Below are positions 49,401 through 59,812 of a DNA stretch of 64,000 nucleotides, piece by piece. The DNA lies in assembly GCA_043228905.1 (NCBI GenBank), contig JBHGNT010000081.1:36865-100864 (forward strand), written 5' to 3'. Origin of the DNA: Azolla caroliniana (lineage: Eukaryota; Plantae; Polypodiophyta). The position numbers and the translations under genes were made by a program. Numbering within the stretch: position 1 is the stretch's first letter; every line of letters starts with the position of its first letter. The notes under the pieces are model-generated. The model was not told the origin of the DNA, ran no database searches, and saw nothing but the letters and a program-made list of their open reading frames with translations.

Positions 49401-52110
49401 ATGGGCATTCTCGAACTGTCGAGTGCCCCGTACTCGAACCGGTGGTTTACCGTACCAAAGAAGAACGGGACATTGCGCTTCATTCAAGACCTGCAACCGG
49501 TCAACAGAGTGACCATTCGAAACGTAGGAATCAGACCAACGATAGACGAGTTCGCGGAGGCCTTCGCCGGAAGGTCGATCTACTCGGTCGGTGATCTGTA
49601 CTCGGGGTACGATCAGTTCCAACTAGCCGTAGAGAGTAGAGACATTACGACGATGCGGACTCCTCTCGGCCTAGTGCAGATGTGTACCCTGCCACAAGGA
49701 GGGACGAACTCGGTGGCCCACATGGTGAATGCGATGAACAACGTGCTGAGGGATTGTATCTCGGACATCACCATGCCATTCTTGGACGACATCCTGATCA
49801 AGGGATGTCCGGTGGAGAAAAAGGACGAAACGATCGGACTGGACGGATGCCGGAGATTCGTGGCGACACACATTGACGACTACGAGAGGGTGCTGCAGAG
49901 GCTAGAGGACGCGAGGCTCACCTTCTCCGGGGAGAAATCGGCCTTCGGGCAATCAGAGATCATGGTCGTCGGACATCTATGCGGACCGTATGGCCGGAAA
50001 CCGTCTTCGGCTAAGGTAGAAGCCATCTCCGCAATGAAGCCCGACTGTAACTCGGTCACGGAGGCGGAGGTTCTTGGGAGCATGCGCGTTCTACCACATA
50101 TGGATCCCGCACTACACCCACGTTGCCGAGCCGCTATACGGGTTGCTGAAAAAGGGGTGAAAATTCGAGTGGTGAGACAAGCATACGGAGTTGGTCCGAA
50201 AGATGAAGGAGGCTCTTGCTGCAGCTCCCACGCTCGGGAAGGCTGTCTACGAGAAAGGTACTCCCATCTACTTAACGGTAGATACAAGTCCGACCGGGAT
50301 CGGATGGGTCGTCAACCAAGAAGATGAGGACGACATTCGGTTCCCAATCCGGTTCGGCGCGAAGGTCGCCCAGGTTAAACGCGAACTCTGGGGTATCGTT
50401 TCGGCGGTGAAGGCTGATAAAGACTATCTGATCGGGACAGAGGTGATTATCGAGATAGACTGCCTACCGATTCTTGGCATGGTTTCCGGATGCGCAACCC
50501 CGGACCTGGCAATGCTCAGGTGGATAGCGTACATCAAGTCCCTGGATCCGGAAATACGACACATTTCCGGGAAAGACAATGCCATGGACGACATGCTTTC
50601 GAGGGCGCGATTCGACGACGAGGGCGGCATGGTTTCGGAGGACGAGGAAGTCGGCGTGGACTTCTTCGAGGTGGGTTACGTAACAACCGAGGGAGGGAGC
50701 ACTCCAGCACTTAACAATTTCGACGAGAGCAAGTACAACGGGGAGTGGCTGCAGATTGGGGGATTCTTGAGGACGATGACGCCGAACGCGTCATGGACAA
50801 AGAACGAGGCCAACCGGATCCGGAAGAAAGCATACCGATTCTTTCTCCGAGACGGATACTTATGGAAGCACCCGAAGAAAAGAAACGGCATCCCGCTCCG
50901 AGTGGTGGCGATGGAGGAGGAACAGAAAGAGTTGCTGAAGGCCTACCACGACAGCCCCTGGGCTGGACACCATGGGACGCGGGCCACGTTCGAGGAACTG
51001 AAGGGGAAGTACTGGTGGCCGGGACTGTACTGGGACGTGCATTGGTTCGTGACAACTTGTGAGAGCTGTCAGATACACTCCATAGTCCGACATCGGGACG
51101 AGCTTCACCCTACATACCCTCCGGCCATCCATTTCAAATGGATGGTAGATTTGGTGACGATGTCGATGGGCGTAGGGTAGATGCGATATCTGGTGCTGGA
51201 CCGGGAGGACTTGACGAACCAGGTGGAAGGCCGAGCCTTGCAGAACAAAACGACCGCGGCCGTGTGTCGGTTCCTGATCGAGGACGTGATATGCCGGTAC
51301 GGGTGCGTCGGGAAGATCGTGGCTGACTGCGGGGAGTTGGACGACGAAGAGGCCGAGGAACTATTCGACCGGTTAGGGGTCAAGCTCTCGCTCACCACAA
51401 CGTACAATCCGGAGGCGAATGGGAAGGTGGAGCGCGGACACGGACCAATCGTCAAAGCGCTAGTCCGGGCATGCGGAGGCCAGGTCGGGAACTGGCCACG
51501 ACTGTTACCTTATGCCTTGGGGGCGGACCGGACAACGCACAGTTCAGTAACCGGGTTCATGCCGTCAGAGCTCATGTTCGGACAGAAGCCGATCATGCGG
51601 ATGGAACAGACGATCTCCTCTTGGGCGACAGTGGACTGGAGAGACGAGATGAGTCGGGATGAACTGCTAGCGGCGCGTATCCGACAGCTCGAGCGGAGGC
51701 CAGAGGACGTGGAACGAGTGGTGGAGAGACTTCGGACGGCGAGGATGAGGAACAAAGCCCGGTTCAACCGAACGCACCGGCTCCGACCAAAGAAAATCGA
51801 GGAAGGCGACTGGGTGCTAGTCTACGACAGCAGCCTCGACAACCAGCACCGAGCAACACGGAAGTTTGCAAAGCGGTGGTTTGGGCCTTACGTGGTAACG
51901 AGCGCCAACGACAACGGGACGTATCACCTGGCGGAACTCGACGGTACGAGGATGGCGATACCGGTAGCAGGGAAGCGGATCAAAGCGTTCAAGAAGCGCC
52001 ACGACGGCGAACCGGATCTAAGAGGCCTGGACAGCGACGACGAACAGTCCGAAACGGAGGACGAACCGATGGACGAAGAACCGGAACTCGGACCGGTTTT
52101 CTCCAACTAG
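46493..52110 (+). pseudogene. Element D gag-PR and pol with frameshifts and premature stops
   Basis: Colinear with B; breaks near 47530, 47749, 48205, 50065-50160 and 51178. Confidence 0.92.
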
Positions 52111-52736
52111 AGCGCAATTTTGGCGCATGCCGGTGGATGCGCGGTTAGGTGGGGGCGGATGTCGTGAAGAAAACCGTCCCTTAGCGCAATCGGTGCATAG
52201 CGCACGTGAACCGGCTCTTCACGCGTGCGCGCCCTTAATGTATATAATAGGGAATTGGGTACATAGGTATATCCTGGGTAGTTAGATTCGATAGGTAGGA
52301 AGTAAATGAGGGAGACGGCTACCTTCTTGACGCTATAAAGGAGAGGGAGACGTAGGGAGAAGGGATCGGGTATTGAGGAGGACGAAGTGCTGTCGGACCG
52401 TAACCAAACGCTTCTCCTCTGTTTGTTCTCTATTGCTCTTCTCTGCAGGTTTTCGGGAGGCTCTCGCTGCTTCAAGGAACGCCCGTGTCCTTCCGGCAAC
52501 ACCTCCATCCTATCCCCTTTCGTGCGCAAACGAGCAGGCATCAACATCTATTCGCCGGCCTGTTCGGTTGTAACCGCTCGCGTGCTCTGTTGTTTTTGTG
52601 TCACTTGTTAATATACAAACATTCGTGTCTCTCTGTCTCTGTGTCCATTCGTGTCTTCTGCGTTGACGGGCCGTGTCCCTGTGTTTCTTTGCTCATACGT
52701 AACCGGTCATTTCTCTCTTTCTCTTTCCCCTCCTAT

Positions 52737-53389
52737 TGTTGGGAGATAGGTCCCTCCGGATGGGAAGGGAGAAGAACAATGCCGATGAACAAACCGGATG
52801 AGGCGTACTCGGCTATGGAGAGCCGGATGATACAGACCCGGTATGAACCGGATGAGGCGTACTCGGCTACGGAGAGCCAGATGATGCAGACCCGGTGAAG
52901 ACCGGACGAGGAGTACTCGGCCACGGAGAACCGGATGAAGAGACATATTCGTAAATATGTTTTTCTGATAGTTCATCGAGGCTATATTTGTAAATAGCCG
53001 AAAAAGTTATATTAGTATAAATATGACTTAGGGAAAATTTATAGAGTTGTGGTTGTCATTCTTGTTGTGGCAAGAATAGAGAGTGTGCGAAACCGTGTAC
53101 AGAGAGAGAGAGAAAGAGGTCGTTGCCTCTGTTGTAACCGCCCCCTGTGGTGAAGATCCATGAGCACGAGGTTGGTGCCTCAGTGAACTCACTGTTGTAT
53201 ATACTTACATAGTGATAGTTTGCAGCCTGTGGGCTGCCGTGGTTTTTCCCCTAGTTTGAGGGTTTTCCACGTAAACCTCATGTGTATCTTTCTCTCCTCC
53301 TTGTCGAGTTTTATTTCCCGTTTTCTGTGTATGAAAAGAATCTCGGTTGTGGCCGAGCATTGTGTATAAGGAGCGTTGAGTTCCCGTCA
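52737..53389 (+). mobile_element. Solo LTR (Copia-like) inserted in the 3' LTR of D, TSD CCTAT
   Basis: TG..CA termini; CCTAT at 52732-52736 and 53390-53394; TATAAATA; U5-like GGGTTTTCCACGTAAA; internal ~55-bp tandem repeats at 52790-52940. Confidence 0.9.
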
Positions 53390-54026
53390 CCTATCACCTG
53401 CTCTTCGGTTCAAGACCCCGGTGGTCCCGCCTCGTTTCTCCACACACGCGCGTAACAACGCGACACCGTATGAACGCCTCGTTCCCGTCGTATGCCCTTG
53501 TCCTCTCGCCACCACCTTCCTTCTCCATGGTCTTACATCGCCGCGTCGGCTCGAACCGCCATGGTCTCCGGATTGGTGTGGAGGATCCCCTTTCGGTCTT
53601 CTCCGAACTCGCCTTGTCGGCCCCCTTTCCGGCCAGATCGTGCATCACCGCTCACTCGCATACCGGTGTCCTTTGCATCAGAGGAACACCCCGTAGTAGC
53701 CCGCTTGGCCCTTCCCGTCTTCGTGCTGCTGCAACAGGTCTTGAGTCTTCCGTTTGCCGTCGTCCCCTCGCCCCCACCAGCTTGTCATCCCGGCTTGCCG
53801 TGTCAGTCTTTGCTATTTCGACGGAGCTACCGAGATCTATGAAGCGAGTCTGGAGGATCCTCCTCCGGCCTCTCTAGCCACCCCCTGACTCCGACCATGT
53901 GCAGTCCACTAGGCACTTGTCACCTCGTTCCCGGCACCTCTCCTGTGCCGTCTTTCGCTTCCTTCGCTCGGCACCGCCTGTGCCGAACACTGTCCCTTAG
54001 TCACGCTTTGATCCGGCCCGCAGTGG

Positions 54027-55366
54027 CCGTGGCATATTCTGCCGCGGTTGCTATGACATCTATTTCGAATAGCGGAATAATCCGAGGGTGTTCGTCAAGG
54101 TACGCCTCCAATTCTGCATCCTCCACCCCAGCTAGCTTATTTATGTCCTCCGCGTATAACGGTGTTATACCCTTAGGTTGTGGCATGCTGCCTTCTGTAG
54201 GTACGCGAACCTTGGTGCGTCCATGCCGGAAACTGATACACTCGTGTTGCCAGCTCTGCTTGATATTTGCTATCCGAAGCCATGGTATGCCCAGAAGCAC
54301 TGGATACGCTCCTGGGGCCTCCAAAGAGAGAATGACCGCAGAGATGTCGAAGCGGTGTCCGCCCACGATGATGCCTATTTTGCGAATTAACCCCAACGGT
54401 TGCACTGAGCGGGTATCTGCCATGCGGAGCCAAAATGGACACGCCTCCCACTCGGAAATGCCTAACTACTCGCAAGTTTTCGCGCTAATTACATTGACGC
54501 CTGAGCCGCCGTCGATTACGCATCCAGGAACTTCCTGTCCGTGCAATATTACTGTAATAGCCGGGTTGTGCGGATCCACCACTGGTGTTCCATCGCTGAT
54601 GTCTGTTAGGTTTGTGGCAACGCTTGCCTCGGGTATGCCCGCCGCCTGTGCTTCCACTGTCTGGCGGAAATGTGGAACTAGCTGTAGCAGTTTTTCCATG
54701 GTTAACGTTATTTCACAATCTGCTAACACCTGCCAAATGGGGTCTGGACCCGGTCTTTCGTTCTCTGTTCACTCCATTGTGTTCGCGGACTCTTGCCGCA
54801 CACGTTCTGTATTGGTCGCGTTTGCTTTTTCCACCCACGCTTGGGCTTGTCGGCGTACCTCGTCTGGCGCAACCCAATCTGCCGTTTTTGTTTGCTGGCG
54901 TGTCGTGACTTGTTGCACCTCCGCCGTAATCGTATTGACAGCAGGCCCCTTTCCCTTGCATGCTGGGCATTGCATGGCATAATGTTTGGGTTGCTGACAA
55001 ATCAAACAATGGATGCTTGATTCTCCCTTCTCGGCTCCAGGTGTTGTGTGCCGCTCTCCGGGTGCTACTTGCTCTTTGCGGTCCGGCCTTGTTTGTCGGA
55101 ACGTACGTGGTGGCTGTTGTTGGTCCCGTCGTTGTTCCTGGTGCCGCTCATCCCCTGAGCTTTCGTCGTAACGCCGTTGATCCCTACATTGTCGTGGCTT
55201 ACCCTGATAGCCATTGAAGCCGCCCTGTTTGTTTGTCAGCCGTTGATTCTCGTAGCGCCGACCCCCTTTGGAATAACTCGGATGTCCACGATAATCATCA
55301 TCCTCTAGGTCGTCCTCCTCGGAATCATTGTGATTTCGGCGATTCCGGTTGTACCGGTCGTCCCGC
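54027..55366 (-). pseudogene. Element A gag C-terminus and protease
   Basis: CLICQQPKHYAMQC knuckle; GCVIDGGSGVNVI and LLGIPWL protease motifs. Confidence 0.85.
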
Positions 55367-57897
55367 TATCGCGTTGTTACGCGCGTGCGTGGAGAAAGGC
55401 GGGACCACGGGGGTCTTGGACTAGGGAGTGACAGAGCGTAGGAAGTCGTACTTCACCATTGTCGCCTTGTTGCGCGCGTGCGTGGAGAAAGGCGGGACCA
55501 CGGGGGTCTTGGACCAGGGAGTGACGGAGCATAGGAAGTCGTGCTTTACTGTTTCTGGGGCATCCCAGAAGCACACCGGAAGCAACCGAAGGGAGAGAGA
55601 GAGAGAGAGAGAGCTTAACACCGACTCGCGCACACACGCACACACAGCCCGACCCGACTCACGCCCTTATGTACAGGAAACGCAGGAAAGGGGGAGCACC
55701 CGACACCAACATAGACGCGAATATACATAGACAGACGCAAACATATATATATATATATATATGTATAGACAGAAGAATACAATCCCGGCTTCGAATCGGA
55801 CCAAGATAGTTTACAACAGTCGTCTGCTGTCAAGCCGCCGTCGGGGAGCCCTCGGGCTCGTCGCGCCGAGCGGGGTCTTGCACAGGAGATAAGCTGCAGC
55901 CAACCCTAAACGAACACGAAGGGGAAGAAGAAGAAGCAGAAGAAACCTAACCCTAAACCTACCGGTATACCCTCTAATCCAAAATGGGCAACCCTTTTAC
56001 AAAGGGTGTTCCCTCCCTTTTATAGAACAAGGAGAGGGATGCGTTACAATGTGGGCCAAATCCCGACTTTCATGGGATCGTCTGTCCCGACTTGACTACT
56101 CTTCGGCGCCATAAAGGCGCCCTCGATATTCACACTAAATGTACATGGGTGCGTACACACGCTGCACCCCGCCGATGTAGCCAATGTTTCCCGGTTTTCG
56201 CCTATGGCCGAAATTCTTCATGACGTCCGCCCCCACCTAACTGCACGTCCACCGGTACGTGCCAATCTGGTTGAAGGGTGAGAGATTTCAGCCGGTGAGA
56301 AACCGGTCTCCCGTGATCCGCATCTCGGCTCGCTGCTGGTTTGATCCGGCGGCTTCGAGTCTTCCTTCGCGCTCGCCTCCCCGTAGGCTCGTTCGACCCG
56401 TCGACGGGTCCTCTGCTGCGATCTCCGTAGCACGTGTTCTTCCGTTGGCCCTTGTTCGGCCGTATGAACGCCCCGCTTTCCACCGTATGCCTGATGTCCT
56501 CCGCTTGAGGAATGCCCGTGGCAGCCCGCTTGGCCTCCATTGTCGGATCGTGATGTCCCAATGGTGTTTCGCGTCGCCTTCGTCCTTCCGCCGCCACCTT
56601 CCTTCTCCATGGTCTTACATTGTCGCGTCGGCTCGATCCGCCATGGTCTCCGGAACGGTGTGGAGGATCCCTTTCCGGCCTTCTCCGCGCTTGCCTTCCC
56701 GCTCCGGCACCTCCGTGTGCCACATACCCTCGTCTGTTGTTTGGCACTGCCCGTGTTGCACTCCTCGTCGGTCCCTTCCCGGCCAAATCGTGCATCGCTG
56801 TTCACCCGCATACCGGTGTCCTTTACATCCGAGGAACACCCCGTAGTAGCCCGCTTGGCCCTTCCCGTCTTCGTGCTGCTGCAACAAGACCTGAGTCTTC
56901 CGCTTGTCGTCGTCCCCTCGCCCCCACCAGCTTGTCACCCCGGCTTGCCGTGTCAGTCTTCGTTACTTCGATGGAGCTACCGAGATCTACGAAGCGAGTG
57001 TGGAGGATCCTCCTCCGGCCTCTCTTGCCATTTTGACTCCGACCCTGTGCAGTCCACTAGGCACTTGTCACCTCGTTCCTGACACCTCCCTTGTGTCGTC
57101 TTCCGCTTCCTTCGTTCGGCCTCGCCCGCGCCGAACACCGTCTCGTAGTAACGCTTCGATCCGGCCTGTGATGGCCACTCGCGAGACTCTTGTTCTGTCC
57201 AAGGTGTGCCTTTCCGGCCTGACACATCTCCTCGTGTTCACCCCTATCGGCTCCTTCCGATACCTCGTGTCGTCGGGTCTTGTTCCCTGCCGCCACCGTC
57301 CTTCTCCCTCGGTCTCACGTTGCCACGTTGGCCGAACTGCCGGAGTCTCCGGATTAGTGTGAGGGTCCCATAGGGCCGGACTCCGTTTCTATGCTTGCCA
57401 TGATTCGGGTGACTTTTGTTTGAGTCCCTCCCGGACTCTCCTGGTGCCTTCTGCGTAGCCGGGTCCCGTTTCCCACCGCCACCGTCCTTCTCCCTCGGTC
57501 TTACGTTGCCACGTTGGCCGAACAGCCGGGGTCTCCGGAACCGGTGTGGGGATCCCGTAGGACCGGATTTCCTTACGCGCATTGTCTTCGTCACCTCGCC
57601 GCCACCGTCAGTATCTTGGTCTTACGTCAACCGCGTTGCCGACTGTCGAAGTCTCTAGAACCGGTGTGAAGGATCCTCCATCGACTGCCCTTCCGTAGCC
57701 CTTGCCTTCGTCACCTCGCCGCCACCGTCACTATCTTGGTCTTACGTCGACCGCGTTGCCGACCGCCGAAGTCTCTAGAACCGGTGTGAAGGATCCTCCG
57801 TAGGCGTTCGTCACCTTCTCGACCCTGTCCCGGGTCGTCCTTTTTCCCCATGTAAAAGAGGGTGGCTCGTCCCGCACCCCCTTCCGTATCGGCACTT

Positions 57898-59313
57898 TCA
57901 TGCCGACTGTGGCTCCGAACGAACGATCCACGACCAGATCACACTCCACCCGCATCGGAATGCTAATCCCATCGTGCCGTGTCCGTTCCCGTCCTCCTCG
58001 CAGGCCGTTTTCCATCCGTCTTCGCTGGCATCGTGCCAGGACTCCTCGGTACCGCCATCCATCTCCTCGGTCTTACATGGGCATACGGGCCCAATTGCCG
58101 AGTTCTCCGGAATCGGGTCTGTGGGCTTTCGTCCGCTCCTTCCCCGTATCGTCTCGCTGGTGATTCTCGCCCTTTCGCCGCCACCTTCCTCTACTTGGGA
58201 CTCACGTGGACATTCGGGCCCGCCTGCCATCGTCCGTTTTACGCCCTTGTCCGTAGCCACCGACTCTTCGTGGTCGGCGGTCATCTTCTTACCGATCGCG
58301 CAAGCCCCGTCTAGGCCTGCTTCTCCAATGCCCGGGATCTCGGGCTGATACGCCCGAAACCGCTGGTCCCAACGTTCCGGTTCCGCGATCAGTCTCTCGA
58401 CCTCGTCCTTGGCCGTTCTATCCCCGCATGTCGGGAGGGTGGCTCGTCCCGCACCCTCTCCTGTGGTACCAATGTACCATTCTCTTCCGGCCTCCTCGTC
58501 CTTCGATCGCCTCCGGCCCGACTCCATAATAAGCCCTTCTTCGGCTTCGATTTTCCCCTCTTCCTCGAGCATCGCTTTGAGAGCTGCATACGCCTCCGCA
58601 ATCCTGGCCCCAACGCCGATCCTTGCCAACTCTCTTTGTCGTTCGGCCTCTTCCCGCTGTGATGGCACGCCGTCGCGTACCTTCCTCTTAGCCTTCTCGG
58701 CTTGCTCTTTGTCTATCCGTTGGCACACCCTTCCGACCTTCGACCAGTCCTCCGTAAGCCCATTCGCCCCATCATCGTCTTCGAGCTCAATCCCGATGGC
58801 TTCCCGTTCCTTTAGGTCGATCGACCTGACGAACAAAAGGACTTTGTCCGCCCCCACCAAACCTTGTTCCCGCTCTGGGAGCCGAGCAAGTCGTCGCTTG
58901 AACTCCCGGAATGCCTTCGTCGCACCCCGGTGGGTCTTTGCCGATGCTACCCACTGGTCGAAGTGGTGCCGTCCCCGGCTCTTCCGCCGTCCTCCGTATG
59001 CTTTCAGGAGCGCCTCTTTGAAGGCCTCCCACGAACTATGAGCCTCACGGAGCTCCTTTATTTCCGCGTGCATCCGGACAGCCATGACCCGACAAAAGAA
59101 CTCCGGCCTCAGCGCCTCGTCTACGCCACGCTCTTCCATTTCCGCGTTGTAGGCTTCCAAGTAAGGTGGGACTTTGTCCCCGTTGAAACGACCGACTCTT
59201 TCGACCACTCGCTCAACCGCTTGTTGCGCTGCTTCTCGCCTCATCACCACTCGTGCCGACTCCAACACCACTTCGGCCACCATCTCCGCAAGGTCGTCGT
59301 CTTCCGACTCCAT
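57898..59313 (-). CDS. gag: Gag-like protein of E (capsid-like N-terminus related to B/D Gag, divergent charged C-terminus)
   Basis: DLAE, VGRFNGDKVPPYLEAYNAEM, SWEAFKEALLKAYG, KVLLFVRSIDLKERE and GLTEDWSKV align with B Gag; no CCHC knuckle or protease visible. Confidence 0.85.
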   Translation of the reverse strand: MESEDDDLAEMVAEVVLESARVVMRREAAQQAVERVVERVGRFNGDKVPPYLEAYNAEMEERGVDEALRPEFFCRVMAVRMHAEIKELREAHSSWEAFKEALLKAYGGRRKSRGRHHFDQWVASAKTHRGATKAFREFKRRLARLPEREQGLVGADKVLLFVRSIDLKEREAIGIELEDDDGANGLTEDWSKVGRVCQRIDKEQAEKAKRKVRDGVPSQREEAERQRELARIGVGARIAEAYAALKAMLEEEGKIEAEEGLIMESGRRRSKDEEAGREWYIGTTGEGAGRATLPTCGDRTAKDEVERLIAEPERWDQRFRAYQPEIPGIGEAGLDGACAIGKKMTADHEESVATDKGVKRTMAGGPECPRESQVEEGGGERARITSETIRGRSGRKPTDPIPENSAIGPVCPCKTEEMDGGTEESWHDASEDGWKTACEEDGNGHGTMGLAFRCGWSVIWSWIVRSEPQSA

Positions 59314-59631
59314 CCTCCCTTGCCGCCTTTCACGTCGGGTTCACCAAAGATGTCGCGTTGTTGCACGCGTGCGTGGAGAAAGGCGGGACCACGGGGGTCT
59401 TGGACCAGGGAGTGATGCAGCGTAGGAAGTCGTGCTTCACTGTTTCTGGGGCATCCCAGAAGCACACCGGAAGCAACCGAAGGGAGAGAGAGAGAGAGAG
59501 AGCTTCACACTGACTCGCGCACACACGCACACACAGCCCGACCCGACTCACGCCCTTATGTACAGGAAACGCAGGAAAGGGGGAGCACCCGACACCAACA
59601 TAGACGCGAATATACACAGACAGACGCAAAC

Positions 59632-59812
59632 ATATATATATATATATATATATAGATATATATAGATATATATATATAGATATATATAGATATATATATA
59701 TAGATATATATAGATATATATATATAGATATATATAGATATATATATATAGATATATATAGATATATATATATAGATATATATAGATATATATATATATA
59801 TATGTATGTATA
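59632..59812. repeat. Expanded compound (TA)n/GA microsatellite in the 5' LTR of E
   Basis: Repeating TATATATATAGATATATATAGA. Confidence 0.95.

Larger units (their letters stand above)
45801..53465 (+). mobile_element. Element D: full-length mutated relative of B, TSD CCGT
   Basis: LTRs 45801-46448 and 52160-53465 (the latter interrupted); Trp PBS 46453-46469; same PPT as B; CCGT at 45797-45800 and 53466-53469. Confidence 0.95.
44754..54025 (-). mobile_element. Element C: truncated copy of the non-autonomous partner family (3' LTR 44754-45561, PPT, internal 45562-45800 and 53466-54025), interrupted by D
   Basis: LTR and internal sequence homologous to E and F; reverse-complement PPT TCCGCCCCCACCTAACC at 45562. 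Confidence 0.88.
31798..55366 (-). mobile_element. Element A: Athila-like non-chromoviral gypsy, fragmented by nested insertions; other LTR not in window
   Basis: On the minus strand: gag knuckle and protease (54027-55366), RT end/RNase H/integrase start (43450-44753), integrase end (35326-36130), extra ORF (32285-35182) and LTR (31798-32238). Confidence 0.85.
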
